Shown in pieces: positions 52,303-64,000 of a DNA stretch of 64,000 nt (within the stretch, counting starts at the first letter, position 1; each line of letters starts with the position of its first letter). The notes beneath the pieces are model-generated. The model saw only the letters and a program-made list of their open reading frames with translations, was not told where the DNA came from and did no database searches. The DNA comes from Eledone cirrhosa. Its lineage: Eukaryota. Both the position numbers and the translations under genes were made by a program. The stretch lies in the NCBI GenBank assembly GCA_964016885.1, contig OZ024740.1, positions 120,590,001 to 120,654,000 on the forward strand, in the 5' to 3' direction.

Positions 52303-54261
52303 TAACTTTGGGCCTGCATAGAAATATAAAGGCCTCAGTGATGCAGAGAATTCATTGATAGTTCAGTAAACTAACAAAAATAAGTCATTGTGATCAATAT
52401 TTTTCCATTCATTTTGTTTGCTCACATTGGTTTGATGGGTTGTTATAGTTTCAATCAATTCTTATATGAAGTTACTGCTTTCTAAGATGGGTCAGAGGAT
52501 CATGACTAGTTTGTGCATTCTATTTTTGGCAAGGTTTGTACAGCTAGATACCCTTCCTAACACTATCATCTATAGAGAATATGCTGCAAGCATTTTACCA
52601 TGGCAACAACCACACAGACGGTCCTCTCAAAATGAAATATTTCTCTAAATAAAAGGAAAAATTGTTAAAAGAGGAAATATAATTTCTGCAGATACCTTAT
52701 AGGTGTGTATCTTTCATTTGAATTTCAAAGCTGGCATCAGGATAATTTCATCTCAAATATATTATCATTTAATGTCTGCCTTTCCACATTAGCCTAGATT
52801 AAACTTAATCAACCTTAATTAAAATAAAAGTCAACCATAGCCACTAACTTACAGATGGGCCCCAAAACACATTTCACTCATGTACAGCCTTACACTTTAC
52901 AAAAAGTATACTGGGTACATTTTTGGCACCTTCACTAGGTGATGCTTTTGTCAGTAACTGAAAAACGGTTCCAAATTTAAGCTCGTTTTAACATCAGTCA
53001 TTTTACAGTGTATACTGAGTGCAGGTTTTCATGGCACCAACACTAGGGAAGTTAAAGCCCTTTCAACCCTTTGTTTGTAAGTTATCTCTGGCTGGATGCC
53101 CTTCCTATTGCTTACCATTTTACTGCAAGTGCCTGGTGCATTTTCATGCTCCCAGCACTAGAGAGCATGAAGCATACATAACATGATTGAAGATTCCACT
53201 CAATCCTTTTGGCATAGTTAAGGCAGGATGCCCTTCCAAATATCAACAGATTTTCAGTCATTGAACTGCAGACTAGGGATTGTTTATTATACATCAAAAT
53301 GTCGATACAGTTCAGAAACCTCTGAGCTAGTAACTATAGTGTGGTTCAGAAAAATCTATAAAACAATTATTATTGACAATACAAGTGGCTGAAAAGAGAT
53401 TCCTCTGATGGGTCTTTGGAGTAATGTTATTCAGTAGAATGCATAGCTTGGAGATCAGTGAGGCACTCCAGGTACACATGCTGCTTATCCAAACTTATCA
53501 CAGCACCAATACAACGGGCATTTGGTTAGAATATCTCAAGAAAGATTCGCTGGACAGATTTTTGGGCCAAACCAATTGGTGAAAAAGAAAATAAAGAAGC
53601 AATTATTATCATTTGAATTGGAGAAAGTCATTGAGCTGCTGGTGTATCATTTAATATTCAGCCATTTGAACAACAGATCAGTAATAGTCTGAAACTTTTG
53701 ATAAGTTTTGATGTTTACGATTTTATGACATTTAGAAAGACTTCAGTCTAAGTGTTTCTAGCTAACTTTAAGATGTAAGACATATAATACAAAATGTAAT
53801 TTTGAAGAAAATGAGTAAAAGAGTGAAAGAAAGCAAGAGTGAGGGCAGAGGAGAAGAGGGAGATGTTAATGTGAGGAATAATATAGAATTGATATGTCAA
53901 GTACATACTATGTGCTTTTATGTATCTGAGAGAGAGAAAGGGAAGTGAATGTCTTAAGAAGAAATTTCTAGAGAGAGCAGAACCAATGAATACGACATAG
54001 GTTACTTAACAAGAACTGACATGATCTTCTGGCAGATTCACATTGAAAATCAACACTTCAGTGTATAGTTGAAAACTGATAATGCACACATATAAATATA
54101 CATAGACACACAAAAAATAAGAAGCCTGATGTGCAAGTGGCTATCAGTTCCACAATCATATGTGAAATAAGTCATTACATAAAATGCTGGAATATGGGAC
54201 ATTTGACTCTAAAAATATATTGACAGCAAACAATCATAAATCTTCTAATAAATTTAGAAAT

Positions 54262-54590
54262 GTGTGAGTGAGTGAGTGTGTATGTGTGAGAGTGAGTGTG
54301 CATGTGTGTGAGTGAGTGTGTGTGAGAGTGAGTGAGTGTGTGTGAGAGTGAGTAAGTGTGTGTGTGAGAGTGAGTGAGTGTGTGTGTGAGGGTGAGTGAG
54401 TGTGCGTGCGCCTGTGAGTGTGCGTGTGCAAGTGAGTGCGCGTGTGTGAGCATGTCTGCGTGAGCATGTGTGTGCATGAGCATGTGAGTGCATGTGAGTG
54501 TGTGAGCATGTGTGTGGGCATGTGAGCGTGTGTGTGTGAGCACGTGGGTGTGAGTGTGTGTGTGTGAGCGTGTGTGTGAGTCTGTGTGAT
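54262..54590. repeat. Degenerate (GT)/(GTGA)n microsatellite
   Basis: Direct reading. Confidence 0.9.
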
Positions 54591-55659
54591 TGAAAAGTAG
54601 TTCTCTCAATGCACGGTATTGCTGCAGCATACTGCTCAGATTGGAGTGGAGTGTCTGGCCCTCCCCCTCGCTATTTCTTTTGTTGTTTGCTTGATTTTTT
54701 TCTTTTTCTTTTCATTCCCTTTTTTCCTTCCATTTTGGTTTCCTTTAATCTTATACCATAATAATAGTCAAGAAAATCATGTAAAATGCTATGGGAGATA
54801 GAAAAAGGGAACAGAGGAACCTGCAAGAAATCAAAGCCCTACTCTCTTGAATGCCATTTGAGTGTATTATCCATTATATTAAAGAGCAGCTGGCCATGAT
54901 TTCCACCTTTTTAGAAGATTTTAAGTCTCCAGCTAGAAGCATAAACAATGTTTCTAAAGTCAACAGCTACATGTTTAAAATTTAAAAAAGCAGAATTGGT
55001 GGTTAACACCTCTATTTTGTAGAGATTAATGCACTCATTTGCCATCCAAGAGATTCAGGTTTGATTTTTTGTAGTTGCCTCTGCCCCCTTTGTTTATCTC
55101 CAGGGGTATTTTACCTGATTTTCTCAACCATTATTTCTAGTGATCAACTCTTATAGTGATTTCTGTGCTGGGACTGCTACATTTCAAATTGTCTCAGTGC
55201 GTCTTAAGACAATGGTCACTTCTCTCTCTATGCATTTATACATACATATATATCATTAGCATCACTGTTTAACATCTATTTTCCATGCTTGTGTGGGTGT
55301 TATTACTGTCACGTGCTGATGCCAGAGAGGTTAGGTGACTAGGTCCTGCTCATGTGTTTGTTGCGTCTTCGTTTTTACAGCTGGATGCCATTCCTAATGC
55401 CAATTACTTTATAGCTTGTACTGTAAGCATGGTTTCCATGGTAGATGCCTTTCCTAATGTCAACACTTTATAGAGTTTACTGAGAGAATTTTATCATGAC
55501 ACCATGACTACCAATTTACAGGGTGGATTAGGTGCTTTTGTAGTGGCACCAACATTATTTCATTACAGCACTAGGGTGCTCAGTGTACATGGTCATGTTG
55601 GAGTCTGGCTTCTTTTGTGGCCTAAAATGGAGCATTTATATACTGATTAGAGCAACTGA

Positions 55660-55930
55660 CTATGGATACAGTATTCACAATCAAACAGGATGAGAACAAA
55701 CTTACAAAAGTCTAACGTAAGCAAGAAGGAAGACAGGTCTGTGATCCAATCAAGGAAATGGTCCTGGTTGATATGCAGAAAAACAGTAGGAAGAAATTCT
55801 ATACGATGTACATGTTGCAAATCTTGGGTGTACAAGAGGTGTAGTGGGATAGCAGGCAGGTAAAATGTAACAGGAAGGGAAGTCTTCATATGTACTAGAT
55901 GCACAGGTGTAATCAACAGGAAATAGGTCA
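55660..55930 (+). mobile_element. RTE LINE internal fragment with PHD-like Cys-rich insert
   Basis: KW..LICRKTVGRNSIRCTCCKSWVYKRCSGI..FICTRC. Confidence 0.6.
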
Positions 55931-56040
55931 GTGATATAAACATTTTCCAATCACATGTAAGATCCACAGAAGTGGTTCATAGTTTCTCCTACAGGGGTGA
56001 CCCAATTAGCAGCAGGACCTGGAGGAAGGGGTGTTTGAGG

Positions 56041-56130
56041 ACTCTGCCCCCATGACAAGGATGGGAGAGGACTCAGCCCCCATGACAAGTATAGGAGAGG
56101 AATATGCCCTCGTGACAAGAATAGGAGAGA
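56041..56130. repeat. 30-bp minisatellite, three copies
   Basis: ACTC.GCCCCCATGACAAG.AT.GGAGAGG units. Confidence 0.85.
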
Positions 56131-56495
56131 ACATGTTTAGGGAGCTAAATATTTTCTGTTGAAAACAAAATATTTCTCCATATATACAAATTGATGTTTT
56201 ATAAATGGTTAAATAAAATTAATGGCTGTTTAGTGGATAACAATATCAATGTCCTTCAATAAAAAATTACAATACAAATCCAGCCTATGACCATGTACTT
56301 ATTCAAAAAAGACCAGCAATAATAATTATTAATAAAATAGATCAAAGCAATATAAATGTAAATATAGACTCAAAGACAGCTGTGCTTAAGGAGTTTTCCT
56401 TGAAAATGTAATTTCAGGTTGAGTGAAATTTGATAGATAGAAACTGTGTGGACGCTGAATTATGTTGATATATATATATATATATATGTATATAA

Positions 56496-57810
56496 AAATC
56501 ACAGAATAATCAAAACTATGTTCAAACATTTTATTGCTGACAATCGTTTCTTCCAAACTTTCGTTTGAAATCATCAGAACACAAGCAAAGTTTAGACATA
56601 TAATTAACCTCCTATTCCACAGAACAATCGTAAAGATACGTAGATGTTAGTGTTGTCATTAACAGTGTCATATTTAAAGAGTGAAGATGATGTGGTCAGT
56701 ATCAGTAAATGCGACAAAGATTAGATTATAAAAGAATAATACAACAATTATAGAGGAATTAAAGAAGAAAGTTACTCGCAAAACGAGAACATTAGCAGTA
56801 CATATGCAAGCGTATAGGAAGAGTGCAGATGTGTTAGGCATGTACAGAATAACCAGGTAAGGAACAAGCAATGGTGCTCAGCATATATATATATCACAGT
56901 ATGGCAAATGTATCACATAATACAATACAGGTATAAAAGCATATTAAGCAGACAGAGATCTTTGGGTATGAAAAGCATTTTCTATGAAGTTTATGGTGGA
57001 TGTAAAGTGATAATTGTTCCGATAATGTTCAAACCGTTAGACAGATCACTCCAGAACAACTCAAACCCTTGATAAGATTGTAATTGGACCAATATAGAAT
57101 CCACAGTTATAGCTACTAATAAACATTTACTAAAATATAACCAATGTAATGGAAAGGAAAACCTTAATAAAACTCACAACACATGCGCATTTGAACATTA
57201 CCGGAACAATTATCACATTACATCCACCATAAACTTCATAGAAACTGCTTTTCATACCCAAAGATCTGTTTGCTTAATATGCTTTTATACCGGTATTGTA
57301 TTATGTGATACCTTTGCCATACTATGATATATATGTTTAGTACCATTGCTTGTTTCTTACCTGGTTATTCCGTACATGCCTAACACATCTGCACTCTTCC
57401 TATATGCTTGCATATGTACCGCTAATGTCCTCGTTTAGCGAGTAACTTTCTTCTTTAATTCCTCTATTTATTGTTGTATTATTCTTTTATAATCTTTGTC
57501 GCATGTACTGATACTGACCACATCATCTTCACTCTTTAAATGTGACACTGTTAATGACAACACTAACATTTACGTATCTTTACGATTGTTCTGTGGAATA
57601 GGAGGTTAATTATATGTCTAAACTTTGCTAGTGCTCTGATTATTCCAAACGAAAGTTTGGAAAAAACGATTGTCAGCAATAAAATGTTTTGAACATAGTT
57701 TTGATTATTCTGTAATTTATATTCCGGCTCTGTAAAACATCTGATGTATTTACATTGAGCTATTTTTCTTACTGGTAATAAGGTGGTAATGAATTACTGA
57801 CCTTTCCTGT
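56496..57810. mobile_element. 1.2-kb fold-back PLE terminus (arms 56496-57033 / 57190-57718) with tail
   Basis: ~535-bp inverted arms, 156-bp spacer, an HHR in each arm, (TA)-rich flanks. Confidence 0.9.
56535..56581 (-). ncRNA. Type I hammerhead ribozyme
   Basis: tgtt CTGATGA tttcaaac-gaaa-gtttggaa GAAA CGATTG TC agca. The partner copy at 57632-57678 has core mutations (CTGATTA, AAAA). Confidence 0.85.
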
Positions 57811-57880
57811 TTATAATTATATATATTGTGTATATATAAGTATAAATAATAATATTATTATTATAATTATTATATATATG

Positions 57881-57920
57881 GTTATACTTTGGGAGGGTCA
57901 TGTTGCCAAATTCAGAAACG
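57881..57920. mobile_element. 40-bp Naiad-like mini-insertion
   Basis: Inverted pLTR end GTTATACTTTGGGAGGGTCATGTTGCCAA fused via CAA to the tail end CAAATTCAGAAACG. Confidence 0.85.
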
Positions 57921-58102
57921 AAATATATATATATATATATATATCAGATTGGAGGTGGTAAAAACCAGTTAGACCATTAATTACACTTACTCACCAGCAT
58001 ACTTGATACTTTATCAAACTACCTGATACAAAACTATTTTATAGTGTTTATATTTGTCCAAAAACCTTCCATTATAATTTTTGTATTAAAATCAAATATC
58101 AT

Positions 58103-58285
58103 AGGGCGGTGAATTGGCAGAGTCGGATGCCATGCTTTCCAACATAGAGTTACGCCCCTTTATGGTCTGAGTTCAAACCCTGCCGAGGTTAACTTTGCCT
58201 TTCATCTTTACAGGGTCGATAAAATAAAGTACCAGTAATGCACTGGAATAATTGCTGGCCTTGTGCCAATAGTAGAAACAATTAT
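58103..58285 (+). mobile_element. Meta-core tRNA SINE
   Basis: GGCGGTGAATTGGCAGAG head, B-box, core; an inverted 3' fragment lies at 58322-58370. Confidence 0.85.
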
Positions 58286-60444
58286 AATTTTATGTAAGAT
58301 CATACACTGTAAACCTCAGATAAATAATTGTTTCTACTTTTGGCACAAGGCCAGCAATTACCCAGTACATAAATAATGAAACCTTTGTCATATTACGAAA
58401 TCCCACCAATTTCTGTATTTTTTTCAAAATGGTTTGAAAACTATAAATGGTGGCTTTCTATAAATATATGGAAATGAAAGAGCTTTGAAAAATCCGTGTA
58501 ACTTCTGTAGGAAAAAGTATAAAGTGTTGGATATTATAAAAAAAAAAAGTATAAATTGTTGGATTTAAAAATTGCCTGAAGATGTGTATAGTCATGAGTT
58601 CGGTTCTAGATGCATGTCTTTTCCTGTTGCTCCAGTTCACTCAGCTGGTAAAAGTGATGACTTGTAATACAAACGAATAGCTTTGTCTCCTACCAGTTGG
58701 TATTGCCTGTAAAATATGTCCAGCAATTCTTTTCTGGGACATTCTAACTACATACCCATAGTATCAGAGCTGTGATCTCTCAATTTGGAGAAGTAGCTGC
58801 TCTACCTGAAGTGACTCTCTGATCTCCAAGTTATGCACACTACCAAGTAAGATTACTCTAAAGACCCTTCGGAGGAACCCAATTTTGGCCACTAGTATTT
58901 ATGATCGTATGCTTTCGTTCATTACCCAAGATTCATGACCTTAGGTAAATGTTGGCATGAACACTGAATTGATGATAGCGAGTTTTGCTTTTACACCTAC
59001 CTCCGTTCTTCCGATAGGGAACTCAAGGATAAACCCTGAGCAAGTTGGTTGGACAACATCCATGAGTTTGGGGATCCAGCTGCCGGAGGAGGAGGAGAAG
59101 GAGAAGCTTTATCAAAAAGTATTATGCTGAATCTCCTTGAGAACTATGTAAAGGGTATATTTAGAACACAAACCCACTTACATGTTAATCTCATGAGCAG
59201 GTTGTTTCACTGATCAAACAACCGGAACACCCATTGGAACCAACAGAGATCCAACAACACATATTTGAATTTATTTGTATATGTATTGTATTTGTTTTCT
59301 ATAATGCTTGCAAACGTGAAAATTAGCATTTATCTGTATGCTATATACACAAGGAAGAATATTTGTAAATATGTTAGCATGTTAATTTTCCTATGTGTAT
59401 ATAATTCATGACCTAGGATCATATGATATGTACTAAAAGTATATTGGTTTCTTTCATCTTTGATTTCACAAATATCAAACATGATAATGAAGATGATGAT
59501 GATAACATATAAGAAAGAAAATATAACTGTAGTTAATTTCCCAGAAATTGACAGACTATTATTAAAGTACTCTTGAAAAGTTTGCATATAGTATGTATTA
59601 ACCCATGCAATACTAGATAGATTAGAAACATACAAAAAAAAAAAAATGTACATGGATGCATTGAAAGATATGTTAGTATGTTTTCTCTACATCATATTTG
59701 ATATCAAAAGATTTGCACTTGAAAAGAAGCATCTTTATAAAATGCTGCTGACATAATTTTTCTTTGACATAAATATATACAAATAGAACATACATGTATA
59801 TACAGATTCATGCATGCATGGTCTTGTAACTTCTGAGGGAGTTGTAGGGGTACCATATCGACAAAGCAATTCTAGGGTATTTTTAGACCTGGCGGAGCCC
59901 ATCTCCTCCCCAGGTCTGAACAGAACAGATTTCTTCAAGGGAAGGATAGAGAGTAAGAGAACAGAAGTGATAAAGTGATACAGAGGAATATATATAAAAA
60001 ACTGCATTTCTTTCTTCGTTTCTTTCCTTTTTTTAATATCCATTTTCCAGAAAAAAATTAAGCAAATCTGAATATATGTAACAGAGGATTTTTTTTAATG
60101 TGCATTCCTTAATTGCAAAAAAAACCTCCAAGAGAATTTACATAAGCATTTGCACAGACTATTACCAATTCTAGCTTAATTTGATAGCAAAAAGATTTCG
60201 ATCACAACCTGAAAACTGGACATATGCACATAATAATATCATGAAATCCTCATTTCCAGATGCAAGCCAGAAACTGCAGATTGAACCACAGTTGAGTTCA
60301 ACTCGAAAGAGACAAAACAGATAATTTCTGAACACCTCTCCGAAAGAAATCACAGTGTTTAAATATATGTATGTAAATATACATCTATTCATCTCTCTCT
60401 CTCTCAGAAATATTTATACACACACACACACACAAGGAAGACAC

Positions 60445-60700
60445 AGTTTAGCTTTTAGAGCATTGGAGCATCGTGAGGTTGTGGGTTTAATTCACAGACT
60501 GGATGATGCATTGTGTCCGTGCGCATGATACTTTATATCATACTGTTCCAGTTTATTAAGCTGTAGAAAGGCGATGTCACTGGTGCTGTGTTGTGTTGAC
60601 CTTTGCCTTTCCCTTGGACAGCATTAGTGGTGCGGAGAGGGGAGACCTTGCCCGGACTTTTGCCTTGGTGGGAGAACTTTCTAGACACAAACCCCATGTT
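60445..60700 (+). mobile_element. Degenerate tRNA/CORE-like SINE
   Basis: Similar to the 33411-33550 head and body; further old copies near 4955-5220, 15480-15760, 16885-17160, 19170-19450, 24890-25075 and 26950-27230. Confidence 0.55.
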
Positions 60701-61408
60701 CATTGCTAATAGAAAAGTGTCTTTTTATACACTCACACACAGAGAGGCTTATGTGCCCATGTGTGTACCTGCACATGAGTATATTGAAAACATGATAATT
60801 TTTTGTTAACAAGTATAGGTTTGTTTTCTTTAAAATTGAAATGTAAGAAAAGCTGGTGCCACAAAATCTTGCTATTGCTCTTTTCATGTGTGTGTGTGTG
60901 TGTGTTTATATATATATATATGTAGAGAGAGAGAGGGAGAGAGAGAGAGAGAGAAATTACACATATCTTAATGCAAATGAGCAACAAATGCCTGAAAGAC
61001 TACCAGAGGATCAGGTTAGACAAAATGATAGACTGTCTGGAGAGAAAGATATCGCATCACAAAATTAAGAGAATCCATTTGAAAAGAAAACATCAATAAA
61101 TAAAAAAAGAGAAAACCAAAATAAGAGAAATCTATTGATTAATGCCGACCCATGCTGCAGAATGATTGAGTTGTTTGGGAAATGAAGTGATTGGTAAATA
61201 AGAGGAAGAGAAGCTAAAACTATAAAAATAATGTAAACGTATATAAACAAACAATACCTGTCTAATGTAAATGAACCGGTTTGGGAAACAAGTTGATTAG
61301 ATGCACAGCACATACAAGGAGGAAGTGGTGTTGGTGGTTGGTGTAATGTAATGCATATGTCTGTGTTATGCTGCTTGTATGTGGTTTTGTACATGCATAC
61401 ATATATAC

Positions 61409-61449
<41 letters not shown>

Positions 61450-61849
61450 TGATAAATCTAAGTAAGTATGGAAGAGCAAATCTACATATAGAAAAACAGG
61501 AATAAAATTTGATGTAAATTAAAGGATCACAGATATCTAGATACGAATAGAGAATTGTAAGGTAAAAATGAATTAGACACACATATACATGTCTAAAATT
61601 GTAATAATGTATGGAGGTGATGTTCATACATTGTATGTATGCAGAGACAACATATATAAGATTGTTTTACACATTCATACATACACATGTGGAGCATTTA
61701 TGTATGTTCTTCCTTGTAATGCATAGACCACATTTGAGATATACAGTTTAAAATACAAATAAGAGAATTTCACATATCTTTGTGGCTTCTGAAATTTCAT
61801 ATCTGTAAGATATGAGCCTCACTATATTAAGTTCATATAATAATAATAA

Positions 61850-62260
61850 TAATTGTTGCTACTTTTGGCACAAGGCCAGCAATTACCCAGTGCATTACAC
61901 CAGTAATTACACTTTATTTTATCGACCTCGTAAGGATAAAAGGCAAAGTTAACCTCGGAGGGATTTGAACTCAGAATGACAAGGGCCGTAATTCTATGTG
62001 TCAAAGCATGGCGTCCGACCCTCTACCGATAATAATAATAATAATAATGGTTTCTACTATAGGCACAAGGTCAGCAATTTGGGGAGAGGGGAAAGTTGAT
62101 TAAATCGACCCCAGTACATTACTGGTGCTATATTTTAACAACCACCTAAGGATGAAAGGCAAAGCTGACTTCTGCGGGATTTGAACTCAGAAAGTAAAGG
62201 GTCGTAATTTTATGCTGCAAAGCATAATATCTGATGCTCTACCAATACTGCCACTCCATT
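61850..62260 (-). mobile_element. Two tandem Meta-core SINEs (61850-62030, 62046-62260)
   Basis: Core and (TAA)n tails. Confidence 0.8.
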
Positions 62261-62306
62261 TCCCTAATAATAACAACAGCAACAACAATATATATATATA
62301 TATTTA

Positions 62307-62337
<31 letters not shown>

Positions 62338-62344
62338 ATATATA

Positions 62345-62583
62345 TAAATGTAATCTGAGTTTTTCAAATATTATAATTAATATTCGATTTGTCTGCAATT
62401 ATGCAAACAAGCCTCATTTTTAAAGCGATGTCAGTAGTATGAGCCCCTCATTTGACTGACATGGCTTTAAAAATGAGGCTTGTTTGCATAATTGCAGATG
62501 AATCGAATATTATAATTAATATTCGAAAAACTCAGATTACATTTATTGTATTCAGCCATGTAGAGCGAACATTTCTTTATTGT
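62345..62583. mobile_element. Fold-back insertion (91-bp arms 62345-62435 / 62455-62545) with tail; distant family C relative
   Basis: Inverted arms that share the CGAATATTATAAT.AATATTCG hairpin and TTACATTTA terminus with family C. Confidence 0.8.
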
Positions 62584-62668
62584 ATATATATATATTATTA
62601 TATATATATATATTATATATATATATTATATATATATATAATTATATATATATATATATATATATATT

Positions 62669-63935
62669 GTTATACTTTGGGAGGGTCATGTTGCCAATAA
62701 GAAACACACGCACCAGTTGCTTTCACTTCAATTTATTATAAATTAAATTTATAAATTTCCGGTTGGTTGGTTGGTTCCACAACCAGATGATTGTTCATAT
62801 ATTGTCAAAGTTCTTTCCTCAAACATTCTGTGACCTCTTCAGTGACTGGAGATTCTTTTTTTGTTTTTGTGCCTCTCCTTTGTTCTGTCCTACGTCATCT
62901 TGTTTTTGTGTGTATTGTGTGCTTAGTTTGTGCATGTGTTACATCCGGGTGTCTGTGTGTGTTTATATTTGTTATTTATTTGTTTATTTACATGTTACTG
63001 GTTGTTTGTTCTATGTGTGTGTGTGTTTTGATTTTGTCCTTAATTGTAAGTTGTGATGTTGCTATTCCATTCATGCTTTCTATTTAATTTTGGTTGGAGT
63101 TCATTTATGTTTATTGCCTCTGTGATTTGTCTAAACATTGCGTCTTTTCTGTGTGTTGATTCTATTTTTATTTCTATGTTCTTTAATTTACCCTTATGTT
63201 CTATTTTAGCATGTTGGTAGAGTACAGATGATTCTTTACTATCTTGAAGGTCTCGCCAGTGTTCATTTATCCGTTCCCCTATACTACTAGTTGTCTCACC
63301 TATGCACACTATATTTTTATCTCTACATTGTCCTTCAGTGCATATTATGCTATATACTACATTTCTAGTTTTACAGTTAATATGGGGGCTTAGTTTACAG
63401 ATTATACATTTCTTATCTATACAGAGAGGTCTTTGAAAAGGGTATGTATTGGTAATAAGTGTTTTTATGGAGGTACCTGGTCTTTCTACTATCTTAATAT
63501 TGAGTTTATGTTTATCTAGGGCCCTTCTGAATGTGTAAGCTAATTCACCTCTAGGGGTAAATAAACAAATAAATAAACAAATATAAACACACACAGACAC
63601 CCGGATGTAACACATGCGCAAACTAAGCACACAACACACACAAAATCAAGATGGCGTAGGACAGAACAAAGGAGAGGCACAAAAACAAAGAAAAGAATCC
63701 ACAGTCACTGAAGAGGTCACAGAATGTGTGACGAAAGAACTTTGACAATATATGAACAATCGTCTGGTTGTGGAACTAACCAACCAACCGGAAATTTATA
63801 AATTTATAATAAATTGAAGTGATTACATCTGGTGCGTGTGTTTCTTATTGGCAACATGACCCTCCCAAAGTATAACAATTTCGGTTTCAACACACGTTTT
63901 CATATAAAGAATCTTGTTAAACAAATTCAGAAACG
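62669..63935. mobile_element. Naiad-like PLE copy 3: minus-strand GIY-YIG + pLTR (62669-63558) joined head-to-head to pLTR + tail (63557-63935)
   Basis: TPRGELAY..NVVYSIIC..CIGET..LNRKHEW on the minus strand; HHR at 63704-63746 (plus), degenerate HHR at 62804-62846 (minus). Confidence 0.95.
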
Positions 63936-63977
<42 letters not shown>

Positions 63978-64000
63978 ATAATTGTTTCTACTTTTAGCAC

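Noticed and set aside
56041-56130. CRISPR-like array
   Set aside because: Tandem units without spacers, in eukaryotic DNA.

Overview
AT-rich, gene-poor animal genomic DNA. The SINE families and (TA)n load suggest an octopus or other coleoid cephalopod (inference). No host protein-coding exon can be supported. The window is dominated by retroelements: three copies of a Naiad-like Penelope-like element (PLE; RT + GIY-YIG), one of them a 4.5-kb palindrome; two decayed PLEs of a second (YRDD-type) clade; an internally deleted Tx1/L1-type LINE; RTE and CRE fragments; many tRNA-derived SINEs; one Tc1/mariner-type MITE; and long compound (TA)n microsatellites. The main hidden signal is a set of more than a dozen (TA)n-embedded insertions, 40 bp to 4.5 kb long and from many unrelated sequence families, with a shared build: two 3' ends point outward, joined head-to-head, and usually only one arm carries an extra 40-100 nt tail. 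Most contain minimal type I hammerhead ribozyme (HHR) motifs with palindromic loop 3, and one family has a U3-A8 core variant. One family is a non-coding ~499-bp terminally redundant HHR monomer (retrozyme-like or non-autonomous PLE) with a fully compensated stem-loop. One insertion is a chimera of two different HHR families. All alignments and folds were done by eye, so boundaries of degenerate repeats are approximate.
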